Shown piece after piece: positions 27,438 to 42,314 of a DNA stretch of 64,000 bases (position 1 is its first letter; each line of letters starts with the position of its first letter). The translations under genes were made by a program, and so were the position numbers. The notes beneath the pieces are model-generated. The model had not been told where the DNA came from. It saw only the letters and a program-made list of their open reading frames with translations, and did not search any database. Origin of the DNA: Blastocystis sp. Blastoise (Eukaryota > Protista > Bigyra: Opalinata). The DNA is taken from assembly GCA_039096225.1 (NCBI GenBank), contig JBBPEB010000009.1, positions 1,426,001 through 1,490,000 of the forward strand. Reading direction: 5' to 3'.

Positions 27438-29747
27438 TATATAATAATAATATATTATATATATACGAAGAGATCTGTTTGATAACAAGTATATAGAATG
27501 ATTTGGCGCCAACGATAACTTTCCCGGGAACCCTCTTGATATTCTATGGGGATTTCTTCTGCTTGCCCTGCGAAATTAACGCGTTCTTCTTGCTTATCTT
27601 CATCAAACACAAAATAATCTATATTAATGATAATAATAAAAAAGATATAATTATAATAATAAACATATAATAATAATAATAAAAAGAATATAATAAAAAA
27701 GATATAATAATAATAAAAAAAAACATAATAATAATAAACTAAATAAACCCAATAATATATACGTTTATTTTCATTATTTTTATTACAAGTACTAATTAAA
27801 TATATTAATTTAATAATTTCTCGTCGATATTCTACAGAAAGATGCATATTAATATTTTCACTAATTGATAATAAATCGTCAATTCCCACGGATATATAGT
27901 ATGCTAAAGACGCAGGATGATGACATAAATTACATATAGATTTTACACTATTTGTCTATATATATATATATTAATCATAATAATATGAACGAATAGTATT
28001 CGATATTATGAATAAATCAAATATATATATATATATATATATATACAGCAAGTCGTTCATCTTCGTCTTTCATCCATTTCGAAAATAATTCTATCCATTC
28101 TTTTATATAAACAGTATCTTTTGTAAATCGATAATCGCGGGAATCATTAGTTTCAAGAAGAGACATAGAAGAAAGATCTGAAGAATTCTTTTCGTTTTTA
28201 TTGGTTACTACTAGATTTGTATTTTTAGAAACACTATCATTTTCTTCATTATTATATTCTTCTTGGATATTCATCAATTCTGAATCTACATCATCTGATT
28301 TATTCTGAATATATTTCAGTCTATATCGATATTGTTTATATTTAGGTAAATATGCATTAATAATATCAACTTGAGAAAACTTTAAAGGAATTGTATAATA
28401 ATACTGATCTACAATCAGTTTATCATATATATCTTTTATCCAATCAAACCGTAAGAAAAAGATTAGTGTTTTCATATGAATCCTTTGAAATAAATCTTTT
28501 AATGTATGTTCATGATGATTGGAATACGCAGATTCACGTAAATATACATTCTCAGGAGGTAATATATTTTGAAAAAGAAGCGATAAATGTAATTTTTGAT
28601 AATAAGGGATCTATAAAATCATATTTATATATATAGAATTTATTAAATATATAAATATATATAGCGAATATAATTAATAATAATGTAATTTTATTATTTA
28701 TAAATTATATATATATACATTTGAAGAAGGAAGAGGAATATCTTTTGCCTCCAAACAAAATGGCGGTAATCCTTCAAAACACCATAACACAAATGTCTAT
28801 TTATGATTATAATAATAATAATAATAATAATCAGAAATATATATAATACAGAGATATATAAATATATAAATTTATATATATATATATTATATATATTATA
28901 TATACTTGTATAATTGATGATGAAGAATTATTATATAATTCTTTTAATGCATTTATATCTGTAAATATAGGATTTGGCTATATTTATATATATATTAATA
29001 TATATTATAAAAATAAAATAAATAATATAAATATATAAATAAAAAAGAAAAAAAAACGCACAAAACAAAACACAAATAATAAAAATGAAAATAACTTACA
29101 GGTGTTTGAATTAATAGGAAAACAGATTTTTCAAATAAGTCCATATCTTCTTGTTGAAGTATATTAAATATCTATATATAAAACAAAGATAAAAAAAATT
29201 TATATTTTAAAAAAATAAAATTAACTAATATAAAGATAACATACTTTGAATCCACCTTCTAAAAGAGCATCTGAAAAGATTTCACTGTTTATTGAACATA
29301 AATAGGATAAAACATAAATCATTTCAGGTTTACAACTATAAAAATAAAGTTTATTTTGAAGCTGAACGTAAAATAATAGTATATATACTATTTAGGATTA
29401 AGAATCCAACGAGTTAATGTGATTCCCCAACTTGATTTTGCTAATAAACGATCACCACGAGGTTTTGTTGCAATATCCAATAGGGAAATAGAAACACAGG
29501 TACGATAATCTTTATCTTGAAACAAACTCTGCTTATCACTGAACAGATATTGCATCACTTTCAACGTAGAATTATTTTGAAATGCATTATAGAAGAACCA
29601 CGATGTACCTGCAACTCCACCTATAGCTAATGTATATCGAAATACCTTTTTGGGTGTAGAAATAGGTGGTTTCGAATGAAGACATCGTTTAGCAACCGTT
29701 CTTGTCATTCGAAGCAACGACTCATTTTTAAATAACATTCTGAACAT
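24634..29747 (-). CDS. SERAC1: SERAC1-like protein (targeting peptide, TM, helical/ARM-like region, alpha/beta-hydrolase domain), many exons
   Basis: MFRMLFKNESLLRMTRTVAKRCLHS presequence plus TM; DIVFIHGVGGSFYKTW, IRILSIKYP, GVGKRPVIFVVHSMGGIILK, KGMCFYSTPHKGT and NHIEICKP match SERAC1 lipase-like motifs; TAA at 24636-24634. Confidence 0.85.
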
Positions 29748-30544
29748 GATCAGTCATATAAATGATAAATTAATGTTAATTAAAACCAAATCTACGCTTT
29801 AAAAACAAATATAAAAAGTTTACTGAATATCTACTTAGAACTTCTTTTCAACTTGGTTCATCCAATTAAAATGAAGATTCCGATTAAAGAAATTCTTTGT
29901 TTTTCTTTTTTATTTAATGTATAATAAAGATGCTATTCTGTTTTTAGATGAGTGTATAATAGAATACAGACGTTAATAAGATTTTTATAGTGTTTAAAAG
30001 AAGAAATGATATGAATGTACTGATAATTATTGGTTTTTAGTAGCAATTATTGAGTGGTTATACAAGAATTGAAGATATGATATAAAAAATATTCTATTTC
30101 TATAAGATATAGTGAATTATATGAATTATATCTATGAAAACAGAGAAGAAATCTTAGAATTTTCATTAGTTTCATATCTATAATTCGAAATTTTTATAGA
30201 TTAGCATTTTAACGATATAATATATTTACGTAGATACTTAAAATAAACAAATATAAAGTGATAAATTCTGTATTCCAAGAAAAAAAAATATTTAATTGAT
30301 TTGATTTGTATGAAAATCATACGAATATGCACATAAATTATTCCAACAATAATTACGACAATCATTAATCAAAATGAGAATTCCAACTTCAGTTTAATTA
30401 AAAAAATATTATATTTCATATCACAAATAATTCGTTAAATTAAATAAAATCTATTCATGCCATAAAAATAAATAGATGATAATAAAAGAAAGCCTGAAAA
30501 ATTATATAATTATTCTTAAATAGTATCATAAAATATTATTTACT

Positions 30545-30760
30545 TAAGGTTGTGTAGCCTTGAGGTCAGTATGAATGTATTGATTTTAAGGTCGTTCGAT
30601 CGATTCCGGTCGACAGCTTTATTTATAAATTCCCCTACCTTAACACGCAAAGGATTCTTTCCATGAGTTGCATTTGTGCCAGGGGTAGGGAAAAGATACT
30701 AGCCGCTGGGTGAGAGATAATTTAATCATAGTTATACTCGCAATCTGTGGCCAGAAATTT
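30545..30760 (+). ncRNA. Unassigned structured RNA: tRNA-like three-way-junction head plus two long hairpins
   Basis: GC island in AT-rich intergenic DNA. Stems 30545-53/30613-21, 30557-72/30577-92 (16 bp, 6 G-U), 30597-602/30607-12, 30633-41/30682-90 and ~30699-30754. G-U pairs work only on the + strand. A-box-like TAGCCTTGAGG (30555) and B-box GATCGATTCC (30598) lie at tRNA spacing. Confidence 0.7.
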
Positions 30761-31362
30761 ATTATTTTCATAAAAAAGAATATATTATATATATTTATTT
30801 TTTTTAAAGTTAGATCTTTCTTATTTATATATATTGATGAGTCAACGTTATTTCTATATATTCATAAAAGGATCAAGACTCTTTTAAAAACAACAATTGA
30901 AGATAAAAGGTATAATTGAATAATAACATAATATTTTTTTTATAAGATAAGCATATATTATGAGCTTAACGAATTATAAGAAATAAAATAAAGGTAAATA
31001 ATATATAAAATAAGAAATATATGTGAAAAAAAGGAATTCAGAATAACGTAAACATTTCAATAAGCTTGATACATATATAAATAATTAGAAGTTTTATGTA
31101 GGAAGTTGATATTTATATAAATAATGAAGGAACAATGTAGGTATATGAATATCGAAGGTAAACAGAATATGGAGTTAAATAAAAAGAGATAAAGGGGAAC
31201 AGAAAAAAACGAAATTAAGTAAGAAAATATAGAGTACTTTTTTTTTTAACAAAATAAAAAAAGTTATTAAATAAAATGAATAATAATAAAATATATGTAA
31301 AATAATAATTATAAAAATAAAATAAGATTAACACGTATATATATATATATGTAAATGAATAT

Positions 31363-34300
31363 TTACACTTTGCGTTGCAATTCAATGCGAATACCTTTAG
31401 TTTGTTGATTTTGACTGATTTCTTTCATTTTCGGAGCAATATAATTCTTTTTATTTCTTAAAAATTTAGTTCTATTGATAATACAAAGAATAATTAATAA
31501 TACAGCTACTAATAATAATAAAACAAGTATAATATATATCCAAATAGATTGATTAGTATTTTCAACTCCTATTAAATAAATAATAGTAGAAACAGAACCA
31601 ACAGAATTTTTACAAGTAATATTAAATGTTAATTGATTAAATAAAGTATTTATTTTACCATAGATCTCTCCAGTATCAGTTTTAAAATAAATACCATCAG
31701 GAAAATTAGGTTGATTAGAACATTGAATATGATCTGCATTAATAGTAGGTATATAACTAAAAGATTCATCAGAAATTAAAGTAAATAATGATTTTGAATA
31801 TAAAATTAACGTCGGTGCTATTTCGGTACAATATATTTCTTCTTTTTGATATTCTCCTTGAATACATTTTGATTGAATACGCCCTGTGTAATATTGAGGA
31901 CATGATTTATAACTATATTGTCCTTCTAAAGCACCTTGAAAACCATTAATAGATTCCATATTTGGACAATTAGCAATTACTTTTTTTGCATATAAACTAA
32001 ATTCAGCTAATTGATATCCATATTGATTTAAAACAGTAGTAGTACTACCTGTACTAGTAGTCATAGTATAATAACAACTAGGTTCAGAAGTACCATATTG
32101 AATTAATGGTTTATTATTACATTCTGTTACACGTATTCTAAATCCATTATAACTTTTTTCTGTATAAAAATCATAAGTAAATCGTTTACTATATTGACTT
32201 GCAAGTTGATTTGATTGTATATCTAATATATACCATTGTTCATTACCTTCTTTATCATATAATAAACCTTCAAAATACCAACCAGTAGGATTTCTTGAAT
32301 TACATTTATAACCAGTAACTATACTATAACTACTAACATATTCACTACGACTATTATTATATATATAACCACTAATCGCACCAACACAACGAGGACCTGA
32401 TAAAGTAATTGATCCTATATTATTATCAAATAAACTATTTATTGAAGTATCTTCTTTTATATCACTTATTCCATAACCATTATATATACGATAACTATTA
32501 TCTTGTGTTAATAATAAAGAAGCATCAAAATCATTTTTTATTATCATAGTTCCTTTTGATCTATGTATTTCTATAGCTATTATATTATTACTATTCTTTA
32601 AATAACTATTCAAAATACTAAAAGAACTACCAATATTTTTTATTTCTAATTGTTCTTGCATACAATAAGTAGAAGAAGTAATAGTAGACATAGGCATATT
32701 ATATCTTAATATCTCATGTCCATTTATATATACAATACAACCAAAATGTGTTTTTATATCAATAGCTAAAGATACATAATTTAATATATTTATTATATTA
32801 AATTTAGATCTATAATATTGAGTAATAGTAGTAGGATCATCCATAGTTATAGAAACGGATTGTAACCAATCAGAATCATCATAATCTAACGTTATCCAAT
32901 CATTATTTAAATTATTTTGTGTATATACATAATTCCATAATGTTCGTAAAGGAGGACATATATAACCTATAGTTAAATCAATAGTATATAAAGATAATCC
33001 ACTTGGTAATGTAGTTTTTAATAATTCAGTATTATCTTCTAAATATACTTTAATATAACCATTTAACCATCCATCTGATTTTGAATCTCCTAATATTAAT
33101 GTATATTGATTTGCTAATTCACAAAAAGGATAATAACTATCTTGATTTACAGGTAAACTGATTTTTTCTAATAATATATTATTTTGATTATCTTTTAACC
33201 AAAATTGCATTTCATCTCCAAAAGCATCTGTATGAACCATAATATAAAATAATATATTAGGTGAAGAACAATAATTAATAGATAAAGTAATAGAAATACT
33301 ATCTAATCGACCATCAGGAGTATAAGCAGATAATGTATATATAGAAGAAGGCATAGAAACTAATGGAATTCCACGTATAGAACCAGTTGATGTATCGAGT
33401 TCTAATGGAAGTTCTAAAGCAGGTGATATAGTATATCCTGTAAACATATCTGAATTTGGAGTAGTTTCTGGAAATGGAACATTAATATATGCATTAAAAA
33501 TAGTAGTATTAAGAGATAAATGAGGAATAGATAATTCTAAATTATATAAAGACAATATAATTTCAGATAAACTATATTGATATGGAGTAATTAATGGATT
33601 TGCATTTTCAATAAATATAATTTTATAATATCTCCAAGAATTTTTATTAAGAGGTAAATAAAAACAACGAATTTGATTTCTTTGTGAATAATAAGCATTA
33701 GTAGTTTCACCTAAAAATATATACTGTATATTATCATTTGAACCATAAATCATCCAATCAGATGGATCACGTGCATAATTTTGATTTGTGTTTCGAAAAC
33801 AATATCGATTTAAATATTCATATCTATTTTCACCATAATCTAAATATATATATGCATTTTTATCATCATCATTTAAATATACATTCCATACAGTATCACT
33901 AAACATATCAAATAAATAAGATAAATTTAATACTTCGGGTATACTAGAAAGAGTAATATCCCAAATACGACCTATTTTATTAAATAAAAGTAATTGAAAT
34001 GAACAATCAAAATCAATATAAGTAGGATAATTATCATTATGTATCATTAATATATGTATAACATTATTACCATTATTTAATAATGTAGTAGGACCTGATA
34101 TATATATATATTTTGTATCTATATTACTATTTATAGGATATAAAGAGTCTATAGATGCTGTATTATTGATAACATTATATCGATGATATTCTAGTGAATT
34201 TATATATATAATAAAACCACCTTTTGTTTTTATAGTAATTTCAAATCCTACATAATTTTCTTTATTTTCTATATACATATTATGTTTAAATACCCAAATA

Positions 34301-37300
34301 CGATGTGTTGATAGAGGAGGTTGAGAAGGAACATAAGGAAGATAAGAAGATAAATTATTATTTAATATATTATTTGATATATTATTTATATTATTATTAT
34401 TAGAATTATTTATATTTTTATTATTAGAATTATTTATATTTTTATTATTAGAATTATTTATATTTTTATTATTAGAATTATTAATAGAATTATTTATATT
34501 TTTATTATTAGAATTATCATTATTCAATTCTAGCCAATTTAAAGGTATATTATTTTGTATATATGTCCAATTTATATCTTGATGATATATTAAATAATCA
34601 AGATTAATTAGAAAAACTTCATCAGATATATCATTTTGATATATAAATGCTATTGTTTGATATATACCTATATCTAGATAATTTTCTATACGTAAATTTG
34701 AATTTTTTGACCAACCATCATTATCATTATCTATTAAAACAACTCTTAATATTCCCATGGGAATACATAAACTCTCTATATATGTAATACTCGATACAAA
34801 TGAAGGTGATGTATAATAAGTTATATTATTATATATATTTGTAAATAAAAAATGTTCATCATTTCCATATAAACCATTCTGTTTTGTTATACGTATATGT
34901 ATATTATTTGGAGCACTACACTCTATATATATATATATATAGTTAATTATTATTTTATAATGATTAGTATAGAATTTATTAATATAGTCACTATTATAGT
35001 CATTTTCATTTTTATTAATTAATTAATTATATATAATAAATGGTAAAAGATTAAAAATAATTTAAAAAAAAAATAACAAATATAATAATAATAATAATAA
35101 ACATATATATATATATATATACCTTGAATACGAAGAGTAATTGTTGTAGAGAAAGCAATTCCCGTGGTTAATTGTGTTGCATTAATAGTATATATTTGTT
35201 CTAAAGATACTTGGCTGATACCATAAATAGTTCCTGTATTTATATTAAATTCAATAGAATTAGGAAGAGAAGGAGATATAATAAAATTAGTATATCCTAC
35301 AATAGCTGGTATAATATTAAATGTAGTTATATCTTTATATCCTTCATATATAGAATATTCATAATGTAAATCTGTATTTATATGTTCATAATTACAAGAA
35401 TAACTAGATATTGTAGATAACGCAAGTTTATTTGTCATAGTACTAGATAATATACTAAATTTATAATATTTATAACTATTTTCATTAGTAATCGTATAGG
35501 ATAATGTTTGTCTTCTTAAAGAAAATACTATATTTTGTCTTATATCTAATAATGAATAATGAATATTATCATTAGAAGCATATATAGTCCAATTTGAAGG
35601 ATCACCATAATTAGGCATTCGACTGCTTGTTATAGAATATTTATTTATATTCACAGAACTATATAGAAATTTATATAATGTTTAATAATAATGTTTATAT
35701 ATATATTTTATTTTTATATAATTATATGTATATTGTAGAAAATATAATAAATATAAAATAGACATAAAAATGATAAATAGAATAATTATACTATATGATA
35801 AATAGAATAACTATACTATATAATCAATAGAATAATTATACTATATAATCAATAGAATAACTATAATAAACTATAAATAGAATAATTATACTATATAATC
35901 AATAGAATAACTATAATATGTATAATAAATAGAATAACTACAATATATTATAAATAGAATACTATAATATATAATAAATAAAACATATATATATATACCC
36001 ATGATTTGGTAGTGTATACACGAATTCAATATGATCTGTTTCTGTAGTAGCAAACATAGTGAATGTATCCATATCAAACGCCATATTCATATTATTATAT
36101 GTATCACTTGTGACCATAGACGCACTCACAGTTCCATCTAATAATATATTAGAAGAACATGCTATATATATAATAATAATAATAATAATATATAATAATA
36201 ATAATAATATAAAATAATATATATATAATAATATATAATAATATATATATACAATTAACTTCAGAAGAATGAATAATACCAATAACATCAAAAGAATCAG
36301 AAATAGATAGATCTCCGTGGGAATGTGCTTCTATAGCTATACATAATTGACCACTACTTGGAAGTTTATTTTTATTTATATGAATTCTATATATATAATG
36401 TAAAAAAAAATATTAATAATAATATATATTTAAATGATATATACATATTGAAAATAAATACTCAATAAAAAATAATATATATATATATACTGTCTATAAG
36501 TAGGATTAGAATAAGAAGGAGAAGACGAAACAGTAGATGATATTACATTTTCACTATATATATAAATTAATATATATTTTATAATATCTAAAAAAACAAA
36601 AAAAACAAAAAAAAAAATAATATTATAAAATAACATATATATACTCTGGTAAATTATCTCTATATATTTCTTGACCATTTATATATATAATAACACCAAA
36701 TTCTGTTAATAAAGATATACTAAAACTATTTATATTTATAAATGAAGGTAATGCAGTTATATATCGATAATAACGAGTTATTGTTGATTTGGAGGGAAAA
36801 TAACTACCTACACCAGTAGACCAATTAGAATCAGCATATCCAAGATATATCCAATCATTTGTAGTTTGAGAAATATCTCTGTATTTCCATGAAGAATGAT
36901 GAGGAATCAAGAATGTAGCTAAAAAAAAGATATATTAAATAATAAATATTTATATAATAAATATATAATTATCATAATTTGATTCTATAATATATATACG
37001 ATTGAAAGTATCTGTTTTCGAAAATGTTGGTGTACTCGTTGGATAAGCAATAGACCCACGATAAATTTGAACATTTCCAATAGAAATACGTACAAAAGAA
37101 TCATAACGTACAGAACCGCCCCATCCATCACCCTTTCTATATATTTCAATCATTATTTTGTTTAAAATTAGAGGATAGCAAAGAATAAATAATTAAAAAG
37201 ATATAAAAATATACGTATCACTAAGTACAACCGTATATAACGTTGGCTCAAGACATAGAGTATAATTATAAGAACGAGTTTCTTGAGAATATGTTCCTTT

Positions 37301-37506
37301 TTGATAAAAGATTTGAACATTTGTTGAAGGAACGCCTTTATAGATCTCTACAATTTCTTCACTTGCATATAGCGTGTATTTCCGTACTAATGTTGCTTCA
37401 TATTCATTGAAATCACATGCAAAAGCTACGATTAGTTCAATAAAAACTAGCTTATAAACATACTAAGGGATATAAATAAGTAAATGCAGTATATAAAAAG
37501 AATCAT
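31363..37506 (-). CDS. Second giant type I surface protein, paralog of 8878-16568 (9 exons, shorter stalk)
   Basis: ATG 37506 (MILFIYCIYLFISLTFAC). Shared motifs DGW, S.WKY, TRYYR, IYINGQE, DPSDW, LP...DTSTGSIRGIP; TM IWIYIILVLLLLVAVLLIILCII; basic tail; stop at 31363. Confidence 0.85.
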
Positions 37507-38219
37507 GCGATAGATAATTTCTTTTAAATGAAGGAAGATTTAATAATTAAACTTTAAAAAAGTGTTTTATGTGGGTACAGAAAAAATGATGTTTTTATTG
37601 GTCAATTTAAAATGGTTCATTCCATAAAAAATGGTTGTTAATATGTTTTTGAAATTGTTTCAAGTTGTTTTTTAAATGAATATATAGGTTTTTAAATAAA
37701 TAAATATCTGTAGAATATAGAGTAGATAATAATTAATGTAAAAAAGTCGTTGAGAAATTGTATAGAGGCTAATTAGTTAATTGTTTATAGAATTAGCTGA
37801 AAAGTGTCGAGAATACAATAAAAATATATATAAATATTTTTTCTAATAATAATATATATATAAATAAATATAAAATACGTTAAAGACAACAAAAAAAATG
37901 TATAAAACTATTCATAGATAATAAAGAGAGACTGATATAAATGAAAACATATATATAGTTACTATATATCTCTAGCATATGAAAAAAGATAGTATATAAA
38001 TGATTATTAACATGTATTAATTAATTCTAAAACTAATCATTATATATAGAAAGCAAATATATAAGTAAATATATAGAATAAAAATTATATATATATATGT
38101 TATTTTAAAAACTTATGAAATTAAAAAAAAAAGAAATATACATATATTATTTACAATATGATAATAATATATATAAAAAAAGAAATTCATTTTAAAATAA
38201 TAATAATATTTATTATTAT

Positions 38220-39593
38220 TTAAGCATATAATTTTTCAATATCATCAGCAAAATGATTATATACAACATTACGTTTAACTTTCATAGTATTTGTTAATTC
38301 ACCATTAGTTATAGATAAATCACGTTTTAATATAGCCCATTTACGTATATATTGAGCACGGCTAATAGCATATTTATAATTATATTCTTCAATAACTCTA
38401 TTTATATAAGTAGTCCATTTTTCATCTTCTAATACATCTTCAATAGTAGTACTTGAACTATTTAATAATTCAGATTGTTTCAGACATTCTGAATTTAAAC
38501 GATTTGTAGGTTCACCATTTTGATCAGCTTTTGTTTTTAAAGATATTAAACAACTTAAATATTTACGTTTATCACCAATAACTAATACATTGGATATAGA
38601 ACTACATATTTCTGTTAATTTATTTTCTATATATACAGGAGGAACATTTTCACCACCAGCAGTAACAATTAATTCTTTCAGACGTCCAGTAATAAATATA
38701 AATCCATCTTTATCTATATACCCCATATCCCCTGTATGTATATAACGATCTTCATCTTTTACATGCTTTGTTTCTTCAGGTAAATTCAAATAACTATATA
38801 TTATTATGTTTTTATTTATTATGTTTATTATTATTATAATTATTATAATTATTTTTTTTTTATATTATTATCATTATTATTATTATTATTATATATTACT
38901 ATATATATACCCCATCATAGTATTTCTACCTCTATACATTAATTCATGAGTATCAGCTGTTACCGCCATTTCTATTCCCGGGAAAGGTAAACCACTACTA
39001 CCCATTTTAAGAACATAATCTACAGGTGTATTCATAGAAATAGGAGCAGTAGCTTCACTTTGACCATATAAATCATATATATTAATATCAAGGGAATTAA
39101 AGAAATTGAGAGTATCAGGAGTTAAAGGAGCAGCAGAACAAACACAAAAACGACATCTATAATAATAATAATAATATAAAATAAATAAATAAATAATAAA
39201 TATAATAATAATAATAAATATACTTTTCAAGACCAAGTTGAGCACGAACAGTATCAAAAACAAGATATTTCGCTAAAGTATATCCCCACGGTAAATAATG
39301 ACTCTTATCAAATTGACGTTCATCACATGATGTTGAACCAATCGATTGAGCCCAAGAAAACAAGTATTGTTTTATAGACTATTTATATATTTGTTAATAA
39401 TAATAATAGAATAATATAATAGTTAATATAAACATAATAAATATATATAATAATAATATACGCTCATTTTTAAGATAGTAGATCTCATAAGTTCAGCAAT
39501 TTTCTCATAAACACGAGGAACACCCACAAAAATAGTTGGACGACATTTTAAAAGAGATTTTAATAATGTACCTTTTAAACAATCAGGATCAGC

Positions 39594-39647
<54 letters not shown>

Positions 39648-40928
39648 TATATACCAAAATACATAGTACCTCGATTTCTAACAGCTGTCATAACATCAAT
39701 ATATTGAGCAGCAATATGAGATAAAGGAAGATAAGATATCTATATATTTATAATAATTATATAATAAACTATATAATAAACACATAATAAACTATATAAT
39801 AAACACATAATAAACTACATAGTATATATAATAATATACAAGTCTTTCTTTATCATCTAAAGCAACTAGATTTCTTAATGCTAAAGCATTATACATACAT
39901 GCATCATGACTACACATTACACCCTTAGGAGTACCCTATAGAATAATAAATATAAGCATAATAATAATAAATAAATAAAAAAATAATGATAATGATAATA
40001 AATAAATAAATAAAAAAAATAATGATAATAAATAAATAAATAAATAAAAAAACAATAACAATAATATACTGTTGTTCCTGAAGTATAAATAAGAGTAGCA
40101 CAAGTACCTGGATCAACAGATTCAGCAATATTCAGAATAGTTTCAGTTTCAATATCTTGACCAAGTTCAACAAAATCTTCCCATTTATATAATTGAATTG
40201 TCTATATTTAAAATATATATATATATATATATATTTAATATACTCTATTTGCATTCATTGTAGGCATACCACTATCAGGCCAATATCTATAAGAATGAAT
40301 AAATACTATATATATAAATACACAATAATAGCTTGTAATTCTGGTAATTGATCTACTAAATCCATGATTTTTTGAGCTTGTTTACCACCTTCACAAACAC
40401 ATACTTTAGCATGACTATCTGACAAGACATAACGACAAGCTTCTGCATTATTTGTTGTGTATATACCAGCAGATACACAATCATTTAACCAACAACCATG
40501 AAATGTAAAGAAATATTCAGGAGAATTAAAACCAATAATACCAATTACATCCTTAGACTTTAAACCAAGTTTATTAAAACCTTTAGCAGCTCTAAATAAA
40601 GTTTTTTATATACATTATGGTTTAAAAAAATAACATAAATACTTTAAAGCTTGATTGAAATATTCTTTATATGAATATTGAACATCATCCTTAGATACTA
40701 AAGCAATATAATCATCATATTCTTTAGTATGTTCAATGAAAATCTATATAAAAAATAGATTATCAATATTTTATATATCAAATAAAAATAATGCATGTTT
40801 GATATAAAATAAAATCTAAAAAGTACATGAGGAATAGAGACAGGGTCTGGATTAAAAGTAGCCTCGTTGTTTCTAACAATGGTAACTTTATCAGTTAATA
40901 TAGAAGTTTGATATTTGATGTCTGACAT
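38220..40928 (-). CDS. Long-chain fatty acyl-CoA synthetase, ACSBG (bubblegum)-like, multi-exon
   Basis: IGIIGFNSPEYF, GIYTTNNAEAC, LIYTSGTTGTPKGVM, YLPLSHIAAQ, FVGVPRVYEK, YGQSE, HTGDMG and ITGRLKELIVTAGGENVPP. Confidence 0.92.
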
Positions 40929-41085
40929 CAATGTATTATATAAGATATATTAAATTAGAGTAATAAATAAGTATCTATAAAGATAATTAATTTTATTGAA
41001 AGAGTTAAGATCAAGGAATTCTATACCGAAATGAGGAAAAGACGTCGTCTTCCAGGAATAGAGACGTAATTTCCTTTTCATTCCC

Positions 41086-41186
41086 ATTGGCTTATTTTCA
41101 TTCCAATCAAAGAAATCGAACTTCTATAAAAACATTCTATTTGAATAACCAATCATTACCGCTATTTTAAAAATAAAAACCAATCA
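41086..41186. promoter_or_regulatory. Cluster of four CCAAT boxes upstream of the acyl-CoA synthetase
   Basis: ATTGG at 41086 and CCAATCA at 41103, 41149 and 41180, 160-260 bp upstream of ATG 40928. Function is inferred. Confidence 0.4.
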
Positions 41187-42009
41187 CTATTATTTATATC
41201 TGATTTTCATGGAACGTTTATCGTTTATTGTTGAGATTTCATTTTGTTTTATGATTATTTTCTTCTCTCTAAAAAATAAAAAAACTGATTTTTTTTCTAG
41301 CAATATTCAGATTTGTTTATGTGTAGTTTTCTATATCTTATTGTCAAAGAATTCAGAATCAATGTTTGTTATGAAAATGAATCAATGATATTCATTAGAA
41401 TAAGTATTTTTTATTTCCTGTAGTTTAGTCATTATTTTATGTATCATTAATTGTTTTTATTTTGCTTAGAATTGATATTTACATAAATTTCTAATAATAT
41501 CGAGAATTATTTCGCGAGGGTATTATTCACTAAGATAAAGATTAATAGAGAATAAGAGTTTTTACTCTTTAATTTATGTGAAATTAAATGCAGAAACAAC
41601 GTAAGGATTATTGATTATTATGAAATGTACATTTTAATGAAGAATTACTATTATATATCAATTATTTTGTGAATGAATTATTTTATTATTATTTAAATGA
41701 TTCATAATATACATATAATTGTTACTCAAACAATGTCACATTCAATTAGATGTTCTATATTTCATATAACTATTTTTCTAACTATTTTTAATTGAAATTG
41801 TGGATAAGAAACGTTTCTAAAGATTTAAATTGAATTCTAGTTATTTGATATATTTTAAAATATTCAAATCATTAACAAAATATATATAATAAATATATAT
41901 GTAAAATTGAAAAAGGTTCATTTTTAAATATTATTTTTCAATTATTCAATTCTATTTCTTACATAGATAAGAGATTAAGAAATAAAGAATATTTTATTAA
42001 ATTAAGTTT

Positions 42010-42044
<35 letters not shown>

Positions 42045-42314
42045 CATAAAAAGTTCTTTATCATTTCTTTTAAACATATTTTCTTCGTTACAAAAGAATC
42101 CATTTATCATTTATACAATTTATATTATTCTTTTTAAAAAATTAAAGAAAAAAACTATAATTAAATACTCAATATATAAAAAACTATAATATAAAAAAAC
42201 TCTAAATTTTTGATTAGTTTTTCTTTAATATCGTATTTAACATAACTAAATTGTAAATACATATTTCGATTTTTCTGTTTTTGTTAAATAAACGATTAAC
42301 AATATTAAAAGTGA

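Noticed and set aside
30548-30620. Functional tRNA
   Set aside because: A/B-box-like words are present, but the D stem, 7-nt anticodon loop and T stem do not form; an alternative fold is much stronger.
30670-30760. TPP riboswitch or SRP RNA
   Set aside because: The TGAGA word lacks the CCC and CTGAT...GCG..GG elements. The SRP helix-8-like reading conflicts with a stronger hairpin, and there is no long end-to-end helix 5.
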